DNA of 64,000 bases from a virus (lineage: Duplodnaviria > Heunggongvirae > Uroviricota > Caudoviricetes): positions 20,390-84,389 of IMG/VR virus record IMGVR_UViG_3300020718_000007; one strand, given 5' to 3'. Shown piece by piece: positions 36,404 to 45,191 of the stretch. The notes under the pieces are model-generated. The model had not been told where the DNA came from, ran no database searches, and saw only the letters and a list, made by a program, of their open reading frames with translations. Within the stretch, counting starts at the first letter, position 1. Each line of letters begins with the position of its first letter. The translations under genes and the position numbers were made by a program.

Positions 36404-37627
36404 ATGAACACAAAAGAAGTTATAGGTTATGAACCTGAAGTCCGTGAATTGTTAAATGAGAAATACACGGACTATTTTGAAGAAAATTTCTATGACAAAG
36501 GTCCTAGGGGAAAGAGTAAAAGAGCTTACACCTCTACTCAGTACAAGCCGGACGAATTTACTGAATTAAATGATCTCTACGAGAATTATTACTCGAAGAA
36601 TTTTGATTCGGAAAATCCATTGAGGAGCAAGGAACTTCAGAATAAGGAAGTTCTAAGGGTTGTAATTAGGAGCATTAAAAACAATACCGCAGTTGCCGAA
36701 ACCCGAATCGGGCAATCGGTTATTATTGATGTAACCAAGGAAGAAAAGGCTATTGCAAGGTTAGGATTTCCCCCCATCGCAATGGAAATAGGATCCATAT
36801 TAGATGTTGTAGTTTTTACAGATAGATCAGGTAATTATAATGGTTCTGTATCTCAGGGATATGAAAATTCGCTAAAGAGCGAATTATTAAGAGCAATCAA
36901 GGATGAGCGTAGTGCATTCCTTGTTAAGGTAGAAGATCTTTGTCCAGGCGGATTTATGGTAAATCTTTCCGGGGTTAAATGTTTCCTTCCTGGATCATTA
37001 GCAGCTGCAAACAGGATTATAGATTTCAACTCATTTGTAGGGAAATCAATCATGGTAATGGTTGAAACATATGACGAAAAAAGAGATATTTTTGTCGTTT
37101 CCTTCAAGAAGTACCTAAAGAACATTATTCACACAAAGGTGGGGGAGCTTTCTCTGACACAAAAATACACCGGTACAGTAACCGGGACTTCCTCCGCAGG
37201 TGTATTCGTAGAATGGGACGAATATTATACAGGACTTATTCCTGCAGAAGAATACTCTGATTTTGCTACTAATATACCATATAGGTCAGGAGATAGGGCA
37301 GAATTCTATGTAATGGACCTCAAAAATCCACAGAGGATAGTATTAACAGTTAAGGAGCCAGATGAAAAAAGCATAGAATTACAGAAAATTAAGGACGTAT
37401 CTATGACTGGAGAGAGGGAAAATAAGATCTATATAGGAACAGTAACAAAAATTAAGAATTTTGGAATTTTTGTTAAATTAGATAATGGTCTTACTGGTTT
37501 AATCGAAAAGGAGGAGCTAGAAAAAACAGTAAAGGAATACGCAATTGGAGAAACAATAGAATGTAATATAATGGATGTGGAATTACAATCATCCAAACTA
37601 CATCTACGTGAAAAATACCATAACTAA
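36404..37627 (+). CDS. Multi-S1-domain RNA-binding protein (ribosomal protein S1-like)
   Basis: At least three S1 repeats: GGFMVNLSGVKCFLPGS, GTVTGTSSAGVFVEWDEYYTGLIP, GTVTKIKNFGIFVKLDNGLTGLIE. Confidence 0.85.
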   Translation: MNTKEVIGYEPEVRELLNEKYTDYFEENFYDKGPRGKSKRAYTSTQYKPDEFTELNDLYENYYSKNFDSENPLRSKELQNKEVLRVVIRSIKNNTAVAETRIGQSVIIDVTKEEKAIARLGFPPIAMEIGSILDVVVFTDRSGNYNGSVSQGYENSLKSELLRAIKDERSAFLVKVEDLCPGGFMVNLSGVKCFLPGSLAAANRIIDFNSFVGKSIMVMVETYDEKRDIFVVSFKKYLKNIIHTKVGELSLTQKYTGTVTGTSSAGVFVEWDEYYTGLIPAEEYSDFATNIPYRSGDRAEFYVMDLKNPQRIVLTVKEPDEKSIELQKIKDVSMTGERENKIYIGTVTKIKNFGIFVKLDNGLTGLIEKEELEKTVKEYAIGETIECNIMDVELQSSKLHLREKYHN

Positions 37628-37628
37628 T

Positions 37629-38054
37629 ATGAGAGACCAAGACAAAATACTAGAAAACGTTGTTCTACTTCCTTTAAATGTTCTAAATAAGAATGGTAGG
37701 ATTTATACAGACGAAGCCGCTACGAAAATTATTGAAACGTTCAAGGCAAAGAAAAATATTGTTTTTGGGGAACTAGGATTTCCTGAGACTATGGATGTTA
37801 CACTTAGTAATGTTAGTCATACCATAGAAAATGTTAGAGTTCAAGGAAACCAAATAATGGGGACAATAAAAATACTAAATACACCATCCAGTGATATTTT
37901 GGCTAAAAGCCTCAACCATTATGTTTTTAGGCCCAGTTCTTCAGGAAATATAGACCCTAAGACAAAAGAGGTAAAAATTACTAAATTCTTTACCTTTGAT
38001 GCGATTAGAAGGGAAGCAGATGCTTTCCCCTTCGGAGACGAGGAACTAATTTAA
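37629..38054 (+). CDS. Prohead core protease (T4 gp21-like) homolog, catalytic His apparently replaced
   Basis: NKNGRIYT, GELGFPE (versus GELNHP), VSHTI, ILNTP, PSSSG, TFDAI; start moved from 37575 to ATG 37629. Confidence 0.7.
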   Translation: MRDQDKILENVVLLPLNVLNKNGRIYTDEAATKIIETFKAKKNIVFGELGFPETMDVTLSNVSHTIENVRVQGNQIMGTIKILNTPSSDILAKSLNHYVFRPSSSGNIDPKTKEVKITKFFTFDAIRREADAFPFGDEELI

Positions 38055-38075
38055 TGTGTAAATTTTTCAATCAAG

Positions 38076-38102
38076 AAATAGCCCTATTCTTAGGGCTATT
38101 TT
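38076..38102 (+). terminator. Rho-independent terminator (possibly bidirectional)
   Basis: 11-bp perfect stem AAATAGCCCTA / TAGGGCTATTT with TTCT loop. Confidence 0.8.
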
Positions 38103-38118
38103 GCTGTGCGTAAATAAA

Positions 38119-38126
38119 GATATATA
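38119..38126 (+). promoter_or_regulatory. Putative late promoter GATATATA
   Basis: Just after the terminator, upstream of 38162. Confidence 0.6.
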
Positions 38127-38161
38127 TGAAATGCTGTATAGTATATGGCCTCTTATAAGAT

Positions 38162-39628
38162 ATGGATATTCTAGATAAAAGTTTTTTCTATTCGGCAAGG
38201 ATAGGGTTCGAATTCGAATTCTATTCCAAATTTACGAAGGGGGAGATTGCGGAGAAATTGGGGAAGTATATTGGTAAGACAATCAAGGTATTTGACCGTT
38301 ATCACTCCAAATTTAAACCAAATTCGAATGTTTTTAAGTTAGAAAGCGACTTTTCTGGCGGTGTGAAGATGGTGGAGCTAGTAACAGGTCCAATGAATTA
38401 TTTTGAAGCTATTCCCCTTTTAATTAGGATTTTGAGATGGATTGACCAATATGGTTATACTGATGAAAAATGTGCATTCCAGTTTGGATTGGACTTTGAT
38501 AGAGATAAGTATCCTCCAATGATTGAGTTTAAAAACTTAAATCCCCTCAAATTTGTATTAAGCATTGATGAAAGTTTCATTTGGAAAAGATTTCCAAGAA
38601 GAAAAGGTTGTTTATATGCAAAAAGTATTAAGAGAATTACCCCAGTAAATAAATTTGTAAAAGGCGGAAAAGACATTATGTTAGATAGAAATTCGTATTC
38701 TGTTCATACCGAAAAGAATATGGGAGTAAATCTACTCAAATTGGAGGAAGGTTACATGGAAGTTAGATACATGGGAGGGGAGGATTACCAAAAGAAGTAT
38801 GTAGCAATTAAGGAAATCATGGATTATATTATAGGGACTACCTTTGAAGTCCTAAAAAATAATGATTCCTTTACTCAAAGTGAAATAGAAGAATTAAAGA
38901 GTATTATTGACGAAATATACAAATCATCCGAAACATTTTTAGATTCAGATGCCTTTATTAATAATTATCCAGATTTAAAGGTTTTTATTGATTTAAGAAA
39001 CGATCCACAAATAATTAAGAGCTATTTTAATAGCTTAAGGGATATTCTATACCATATTATAGTAGATAATGGGATTTCGTCTGGTTACCTTAACTATGAT
39101 ACTCAAATATCTAAATATCAATTAAAGGATGGTAAGACTAATAAAGCTAATCTTTTACAAGAACTAGATTTAATTGATTGTATTATAAGTGGAAATATTT
39201 CCCATTGCCGCTTATTTGGTTGCAAATTAGATGGCTGTCAAATAGAAGATTCCTCGTTTGTAGCTAATAATGATGTTATGAATTCCAAAGTTACTAATTG
39301 TGATTTAAACCAGGGAAGTGAATTCAGTCATTGTTATATTGATGCACGTGATAAAGATGTAAATTGTAAGGTAGTAGGAGGAATTATTAGATCCGGTTAT
39401 ATCGGGAAAGGAGCGGAAATATCTGATACTACTGAAATTATCCCAGAGCTACTTGATGCAAAAGGCAAAAAAGATAAGATGGCGAACAGAGATAATTTTA
39501 TAGATAGAAATTATCCTGATGCCAAAGATAATGGAGAATTCCTAAACCTTAATGATAAGGAAGCAGAGTTTAATGCTAATAAACTATATCCGACAAGGAA
39601 TTCAAACCCCAATAACATATTCAGATAA
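38162..39628 (+). CDS. Amidoligase-like (COOH-NH2 ligase, PF12224-type) N-domain plus beta-helix-like C-domain
   Basis: IGFEFEF, LESDFS, VELVTGPM, EVRYMGG; C-terminal ISGNISHCRLFGCKLDGCQIEDS repeats; HxH motif appears lost. Confidence 0.55.
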   Translation: MDILDKSFFYSARIGFEFEFYSKFTKGEIAEKLGKYIGKTIKVFDRYHSKFKPNSNVFKLESDFSGGVKMVELVTGPMNYFEAIPLLIRILRWIDQYGYTDEKCAFQFGLDFDRDKYPPMIEFKNLNPLKFVLSIDESFIWKRFPRRKGCLYAKSIKRITPVNKFVKGGKDIMLDRNSYSVHTEKNMGVNLLKLEEGYMEVRYMGGEDYQKKYVAIKEIMDYIIGTTFEVLKNNDSFTQSEIEELKSIIDEIYKSSETFLDSDAFINNYPDLKVFIDLRNDPQIIKSYFNSLRDILYHIIVDNGISSGYLNYDTQISKYQLKDGKTNKANLLQELDLIDCIISGNISHCRLFGCKLDGCQIEDSSFVANNDVMNSKVTNCDLNQGSEFSHCYIDARDKDVNCKVVGGIIRSGYIGKGAEISDTTEIIPELLDAKGKKDKMANRDNFIDRNYPDAKDNGEFLNLNDKEAEFNANKLYPTRNSNPNNIFR

Positions 39629-39642
39629 TATAAACAAAACAA

Positions 39643-40413
39643 ATGCAAACATCATTAGACGCGCTAATACAAGAAGTTAAAGATGATATTTCTCACTCCT
39701 GTGCATTACCTTATTCCCTTAATGACCAAGAAATTAAAAGGATCATTAAGAGAGCAAGAGCATGGTTCCTTGATAACTATCAATATGCAGTAGAAGATAG
39801 GTATTTAGTACTTAAAAATGAATTATTTGGGCATCCTCAATTTCTAGCGACAAGACAAATACAATTACCAGAATGTGTTATTGGTGTATATGAGGTTAGA
39901 GAAGTTTCCGGCTCTGGCTTAACAGGAACACCGGATAGAGATTTTGGAGATTCTAAATTATTAGGCTCTGAATTAATGCTAAGCCCATTTGTTGGGGATA
40001 ACCTTGTTTATAGAACAGTACTCTATTCATTCTTTGACTTGGCAAAAGCTTATTTATTAGAAACATATGCTTATGGGTATAACAAAAATACCAAAATGCT
40101 AACAATTCTGGGTAGAGATCCTGGATCTGCAAATATTAACGGACTTCATGGAGATAATACGGACGTTGCACTTAAATGCGGTATTGCAATCCCTGATGAA
40201 AGTCTTTATTCAGATGAATTGTTTGTGAGGTATGTACTTGCAAAAGCAAAAATAAATATCGGTAGATTGTTAGGAACTTTCGGTTATACATTACCAGGTG
40301 GCATTACTATTAATACTGCAGCTATTACAACTGTTGGGCAATCAGAATTAGATGAAGTAATGAAAATGATTAATGACGAAAATACTCCTTACTATATCGT
40401 ACAGTGGAACTAA
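39643..40413 (+). CDS. Neck/head-completion protein (gp13-like)
   Basis: LPECVIGVYEV, YNKNTKMLTILG, YVLAKAKINIGRLLGTFGYTLPGGITIN. Confidence 0.65.
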   Translation: MQTSLDALIQEVKDDISHSCALPYSLNDQEIKRIIKRARAWFLDNYQYAVEDRYLVLKNELFGHPQFLATRQIQLPECVIGVYEVREVSGSGLTGTPDRDFGDSKLLGSELMLSPFVGDNLVYRTVLYSFFDLAKAYLLETYAYGYNKNTKMLTILGRDPGSANINGLHGDNTDVALKCGIAIPDESLYSDELFVRYVLAKAKINIGRLLGTFGYTLPGGITINTAAITTVGQSELDEVMKMINDENTPYYIVQWN

Positions 40414-40812
40414 ATGAAGCATCTTAAAATATACGAAGAACTTAGTCCTTGGACAACTCTATTATTTAGTAGGGACCAAAAAATCTCGTTCCCTATTAGT
40501 GATACAGTTAAGCAGGAAGAATTGATTAGATATTTTAAAAAAAATTACTATGTTACTGAAATTATTTATATAGATGATGGATGTTTTGATATTACTATAG
40601 GGGGTAGGAAGGATGGAAAGATATTTTTGGGCATTGAAAATGATTTACCCTCTAAATTACGACATGCTAATAATATGCTTTTAGCATCTATTTTTTCTAA
40701 TATAGATGCTAAGGACCCTAACGAAAATTCAAAAATAATTTGGGTTTGGTTTGAAGATGGTATTCTATATAAAACAGCTCCAAAACAGCTCCAAAACCTC
40801 CAAAAATATTAG
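40414..40812 (+). CDS. MKHLKIYEELSPW-leader protein 1
   Basis: Shared leader family; body unrelated to neighbours. Confidence 0.6.
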   Translation: MKHLKIYEELSPWTTLLFSRDQKISFPISDTVKQEELIRYFKKNYYVTEIIYIDDGCFDITIGGRKDGKIFLGIENDLPSKLRHANNMLLASIFSNIDAKDPNENSKIIWVWFEDGILYKTAPKQLQNLQKY

Positions 40813-40818
40813 AACAGC

Positions 40819-41304
40819 ATGATGAAGTATATCAAATTATATGAGGAACTTAGTTTGTGGACGGCATCATTATTTGCTTTAGAGGGTAAACTTGGGTTTT
40901 TTTTATCAGAAGATAAAGAAATGGCGATTAAACAAAAGATAGCCATCGATAAAATTATTGCTAATCAGCGTTTACTAATAAAACCAGACTTTAGAAATAT
41001 ATTACCAGGTGAAAGATATTATAATATTTCTTTTTTGAATGATTTTACTATATTAGATTTTTGGAATTTATTACCTATTATAGAGGAAGATGATAATGAG
41101 ACTGTGGAGAAAACCTCACTTGGCCCAGGGCATATGAGTGTTAAGAGAACTAGATTTGGAATCCCAATATGGGGTAATAATATTTTTGATGGATATGATA
41201 GAAATAGTAGAAATGATACCAGAATAAGTTTTTATTTCAATGAGGTAGAAGATAAAATATATCGATTCCCAGTAAAGAACCTAAATAAAAACCGTACTAA
41301 TTAA
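40819..41304 (+). CDS. MKYIKLYEELSLW-leader protein 2
   Basis: Shared leader family. Confidence 0.6.
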   Translation: MMKYIKLYEELSLWTASLFALEGKLGFFLSEDKEMAIKQKIAIDKIIANQRLLIKPDFRNILPGERYYNISFLNDFTILDFWNLLPIIEEDDNETVEKTSLGPGHMSVKRTRFGIPIWGNNIFDGYDRNSRNDTRISFYFNEVEDKIYRFPVKNLNKNRTN

Positions 41305-41735
41305 TGAAAATGAGGTATATTAAACTATATGAGAAACTTAGCCCATGGGCTGCTGCTCTATTTATACCTCCTACTAGGATAGGGTTAAAATTATTTAAGC
41401 CCACGGATTTTGAGCCAGTTGTAAATTTTCTAATAGCTAATATAGGAAAGGACATTATAATTAAAAAATTGCCCGTTGATCCCTATTATTGGGAAGTATA
41501 TGTTTATGGAGAATTTGATTTCGAAGAATTTTATCAAAGATTACCTAGTGAAAAAGGTAGGAAAAATTTTAAATTGGGGGATCCTATAATTTATATGTGG
41601 CAATTTAATAGTTTTACTCCAATTGGAAATTTTGATACAGACTCTTTAGGAGCTAATCATTATAGATTAAGAGTTGTTAATGGAAATCTTGTTAAGGAAA
41701 TTTTCAATAAACCGAGAAAAAGTAAAGATTATTGA
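41304..41735 (+). CDS. MRYIKLYEKLSPW-leader protein 3
   Basis: Shared leader family. Confidence 0.6.
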   Translation: MKMRYIKLYEKLSPWAAALFIPPTRIGLKLFKPTDFEPVVNFLIANIGKDIIIKKLPVDPYYWEVYVYGEFDFEEFYQRLPSEKGRKNFKLGDPIIYMWQFNSFTPIGNFDTDSLGANHYRLRVVNGNLVKEIFNKPRKSKDY

Positions 41736-41830
41736 TTTGCTTTTGCTCTACTAATGAATCATTGCCTGCCTTATTACACTTGTAATATTTTTAGCATAGT
41801 TTTGTGAAAAGAATTCGACTATAAAGATAT

Positions 41831-42073
41831 TTATTTTTTCTTAATATCTTGGCCGGATACAATAGCACCTGCATTTAATAGGACATCTAAGGTTTTAACC
41901 GTATAGTTAGATTGTCCTGGCATTCCACTCTTTTGCTGGTCTCCCCAATTAATAAAGTTGTAGTGAGTAATATACTTACCTGAGTTGTAAGAAAATTGAT
42001 GTTTACCTAATTTTTCAGTGTTTTGCTCAAACTCATTTCTGTGAGAGATATTTTTATAACCGTATTTTTCCAT
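41831..42073 (-). CDS. Small hypothetical protein
   Basis: 80 aa ORF starting 4 nt after the stop of 42078..42761. Confidence 0.5.
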   Translation of the reverse strand: MEKYGYKNISHRNEFEQNTEKLGKHQFSYNSGKYITHYNFINWGDQQKSGMPGQSNYTVKTLDVLLNAGAIVSGQDIKKK

Positions 42074-42077
42074 AAAT

Positions 42078-42761
42078 TTATTTTAGTTTACCGTTCATTA
42101 TTTTGTCGTATACTTCTTTAGTTACCCCTATTGGAGATACTAGTGAAGCATTATATTTACCACAAAGGTCTTCAACAGCCTTCATTGTATAATCACCTAA
42201 ATTTCCTGTCAAAAATTTATCTGATTTTAGATATTTTAGATCATATAATTTTTTCTGAAGGTTCTTAATAAAGCTAGCTCCTGCTGGGTCTTTTGATCCT
42301 TTTTTAATATAATCCTTATTTGCCCCCGTAGTTATGAATGGATTTTTAGGATCCTTATATGGTTCAAATTTTTGATTGTATCCTTTTTGAACAATATCTT
42401 TCTTTTCTATAGTATCTCCATTACAAGAATATGTACCTTTCTTTCCATTAAATGAATAGGTACCATCTGGGAAATACTGAACATCCATACCAAATACCTC
42501 GATAACCCCGTCTTTATCTAAATCATATCCCGGAAGAGACATTACACAAGGAAACTTATCAAATCCAGGTGCATGTTTTAATTTCTTATTGATCTCCCTC
42601 TGGTCTGGACCTTTATTGTCCTTTTTTGCAGGCTCTGCTGGTTTTGTTTCCTTTACTGGTGGATTTGTGTTAGCAACTTTAGCTGGTTGATCTGATCCAG
42701 GAGTATAGTCCTCATTTAAGGAAATTTGGAATTCTTTGAATGTAAGTAAAGATTTGTTCAT
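42078..42761 (-). CDS. Leader-tagged protein with C-terminal peptidoglycan-binding-like domain
   Basis: MNKSLLTFKEFQISLNE leader; KKGSK...IKNLQKKLYDLKYL...GNLGDYTMKAV; GATATATA at 42766-42773. Confidence 0.6.
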   Translation of the reverse strand: MNKSLLTFKEFQISLNEDYTPGSDQPAKVANTNPPVKETKPAEPAKKDNKGPDQREINKKLKHAPGFDKFPCVMSLPGYDLDKDGVIEVFGMDVQYFPDGTYSFNGKKGTYSCNGDTIEKKDIVQKGYNQKFEPYKDPKNPFITTGANKDYIKKGSKDPAGASFIKNLQKKLYDLKYLKSDKFLTGNLGDYTMKAVEDLCGKYNASLVSPIGVTKEVYDKIMNGKLK

Positions 42762-42812
42762 GGTTTATATATCTAAATGTGGTGTTCTGGAATGATTGAA
42801 TATATAATGTAT

Positions 42813-43184
42813 ATGTCTAGATTTGCCGAAATATATCCTAGAACCCCGGATGATCCTTATTATGTTCCTGGTACAATGGAAACAGATGATATAGTAGAAA
42901 TTACTATTGGTATGATAAAGCAGATAATGCTTACTACACCAGGGGAGATATTAGGGGATCCAAATTTTGGAGTTAATCTGGAATCATTATTATTTGATTT
43001 TGATGTATCTCAGACGGAACTAGAGGGAGCCATTTCTCTACAACTATATACATATTGTCCTCCATCTAGAGATCTATTAGATGTAAATTATAAAATAGGA
43101 TTTTATAGGGGAGTAGCAAGAGATACTTGCTTCATAGAATTTGCGATAGGGAATAATCCCGTAATTGGAATAAAAGTAATATAA
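42813..43184 (+). CDS. Baseplate wedge protein gp25-like
   Basis: IKQIMLTTPGEILGDPNFGVNLESLLFD; start moved to ATG 42813 after AATATATA at 42799-42806. Confidence 0.8.
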   Translation: MSRFAEIYPRTPDDPYYVPGTMETDDIVEITIGMIKQIMLTTPGEILGDPNFGVNLESLLFDFDVSQTELEGAISLQLYTYCPPSRDLLDVNYKIGFYRGVARDTCFIEFAIGNNPVIGIKVI

Positions 43185-43186
43185 AA

Positions 43187-44902
43187 ATGGATTTATTTTC
43201 TAAAAGTCAGGCTAAAATAGAATCCCTACTAGCTCAAACAATGCAGATAGTACAGGACAGATATGCTCAAAGCAACCAAATGTTTACGGTTGCTTCTGCA
43301 TGGGGCCAGATTATATTTGTACTTCAAAATCTTACACAATTTATACTTTTCTTTGTAGAGGACTCAATAACAGAAATGAATATAAAAACTGCTACTAGGG
43401 AATCATCAATTTATGGTATTGCAAGTGCAATGGGACATAATGCAACAAGAGCAGGATCTGCAATAGGGGAGGTACAATTATCATGGAATGGGGCAGATAC
43501 TAGTGAAGTTGGGGGAAATGCAATATTAATACCAAATAAGGCTATTATTAAATTCACAGATAGTGGTGCACAATATATTCTAAATTTAACACAAGATACT
43601 ATAAGATTTAATCTCTCTCCCTCAACTTTATTAACTTGCCAAATAATTCAGGGTATAGTAAATGAAGCAGGATTTACTGGCACTGGACTTCAATTACAGA
43701 CCTATAATATTGGAGAAAGATATACAGGATCTATAGAGGATTCAGAAGTTTCGGTTTATGTTGATGATGTATTATATAAAAATTATGTTTCCCTATATGA
43801 TATACCTTATAATTACAATGGGGTCCTAGTGAGGACCTCTATTAGCCAAGGTATTGATATAATATTTGGGAATGGGAATAATGGATCCATTCCAGCAAAC
43901 GGATCTACTATAAGAGTAGAATACCTAGAAACTCAGGGTTTATCAGGTAATATTAATGTTAACCCGACAAAAATTAACATGTCATTTGATGATGATGGAA
44001 CAGATATATTTGGTAATTCAATAACATTAAATGATTATCTAAATGTTACATGTACAATATCTCCTCAACTAGGATCAAATCAGGAAAATGTTGCTTTAAC
44101 AAGGATATTAGCTCCTAAAACATCTAGAGCATATGTACTTGCTAATCCAGATAGCTATATTACATTTTTTGAAAAATTCGGGGCATTCTCAATTATAGAA
44201 GCTTTTAATAATGTTAATGGGACTTATTTGGACGATCAGAATATTATCTATGTTTTGCTTGTTCCCGATGTCACCCAGCTATTAACTACTACCCAGAATT
44301 ACTTTAATCTTCAACTTAGTGATTTTACTCTAACCGATTTTCAAAAGACCTCTATAGTAAACGTGATCGAGCAAAGCGGGCAAAAAATAGTGGGAACAGA
44401 GGTGCAGATAATAGACCCAACAAGATCAAGATATGTAATAAATACTATATTAACTATATTTGAGGGGTATGACCCTGATACGATCATGAGTTCTATAGTT
44501 GATGTTTATAGCCAATATTTTCTATCAATCAGGAGAAGAGATATAATACCAAGATCCGATTTAATTGCATTAGTAGAAGGTATTGCGGGAGTAGATTCAG
44601 TAATGATTTTTTTCGTATCAGAAAAGAATGAATTATACCAATTAACGGTTGCTGGATTACCTACAACTGATCCAAGAAGGAATATTTTACAGGGTTTGAA
44701 TACTTTTGGTGATATAGTAATGGAGCAAGATGAAATTATAATAATCGCAGGAGGATGGAGCGATAGCAATGGCGTTTATTATGATGTAGGAGCCGATTTT
44801 AGCAAGCTTTCTTCGGTTAACATAGAAATATCTAGTATTACTCCCGTGACGTATAACACACAAATAAACGCCATTAACAAGGCATCTATAAAATCACAAT
44901 AA
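43187..44902 (+). CDS. Baseplate wedge protein gp6-like
   Basis: TATRESSIYGIASAMGHNATRA, IIFGNGNNGSIP, IRVEYLETQGLSGN, RAYVLANPDSY. Confidence 0.8.
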   Translation: MDLFSKSQAKIESLLAQTMQIVQDRYAQSNQMFTVASAWGQIIFVLQNLTQFILFFVEDSITEMNIKTATRESSIYGIASAMGHNATRAGSAIGEVQLSWNGADTSEVGGNAILIPNKAIIKFTDSGAQYILNLTQDTIRFNLSPSTLLTCQIIQGIVNEAGFTGTGLQLQTYNIGERYTGSIEDSEVSVYVDDVLYKNYVSLYDIPYNYNGVLVRTSISQGIDIIFGNGNNGSIPANGSTIRVEYLETQGLSGNINVNPTKINMSFDDDGTDIFGNSITLNDYLNVTCTISPQLGSNQENVALTRILAPKTSRAYVLANPDSYITFFEKFGAFSIIEAFNNVNGTYLDDQNIIYVLLVPDVTQLLTTTQNYFNLQLSDFTLTDFQKTSIVNVIEQSGQKIVGTEVQIIDPTRSRYVINTILTIFEGYDPDTIMSSIVDVYSQYFLSIRRRDIIPRSDLIALVEGIAGVDSVMIFFVSEKNELYQLTVAGLPTTDPRRNILQGLNTFGDIVMEQDEIIIIAGGWSDSNGVYYDVGADFSKLSSVNIEISSITPVTYNTQINAINKASIKSQ

Positions 44903-44922
44903 GGCATCTATAAAATCACAAT
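44879..44922 (+). repeat. Exact 22-bp tandem duplication spanning the gp6-like stop codon
   Basis: AAGGCATCTATAAAATCACAAT twice. Confidence 0.9.
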
Positions 44923-44924
44923 AA

Positions 44925-45191
44925 ATGAACACGTACATCTATACTACTAATAGAAAAAGCTATTATGAATTTATGTCATCTATAAAAGATAACATACCAA
45001 ATGCCGGATTTGATTATGAAACTAGGATATTCGAGAAATCATTATCAAATATCACATATAATGGAGATGCTAATCGCTCTATTATATTGCAGTGGTTGGA
45101 GAAGGTGGTTTTTAATTTAATTGAATCGGCAAAAATTATTAGGAATTACAGGAATTTTATAGTTCCTAGGAATAACAAGTATGTAAGATAA
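44925..45191 (+). CDS. Small baseplate-region protein
   Basis: 88 aa; stop overlaps next start (TAATG). Confidence 0.55.
   Translation: MNTYIYTTNRKSYYEFMSSIKDNIPNAGFDYETRIFEKSLSNITYNGDANRSIILQWLEKVVFNLIESAKIIRNYRNFIVPRNNKYVR

Noticed and set aside
42777-43184. gp25-like gene as an active lysozyme
   Set aside because: The gp25 family is a structural wedge/sheath-initiation protein; the lysozyme label is a legacy annotation
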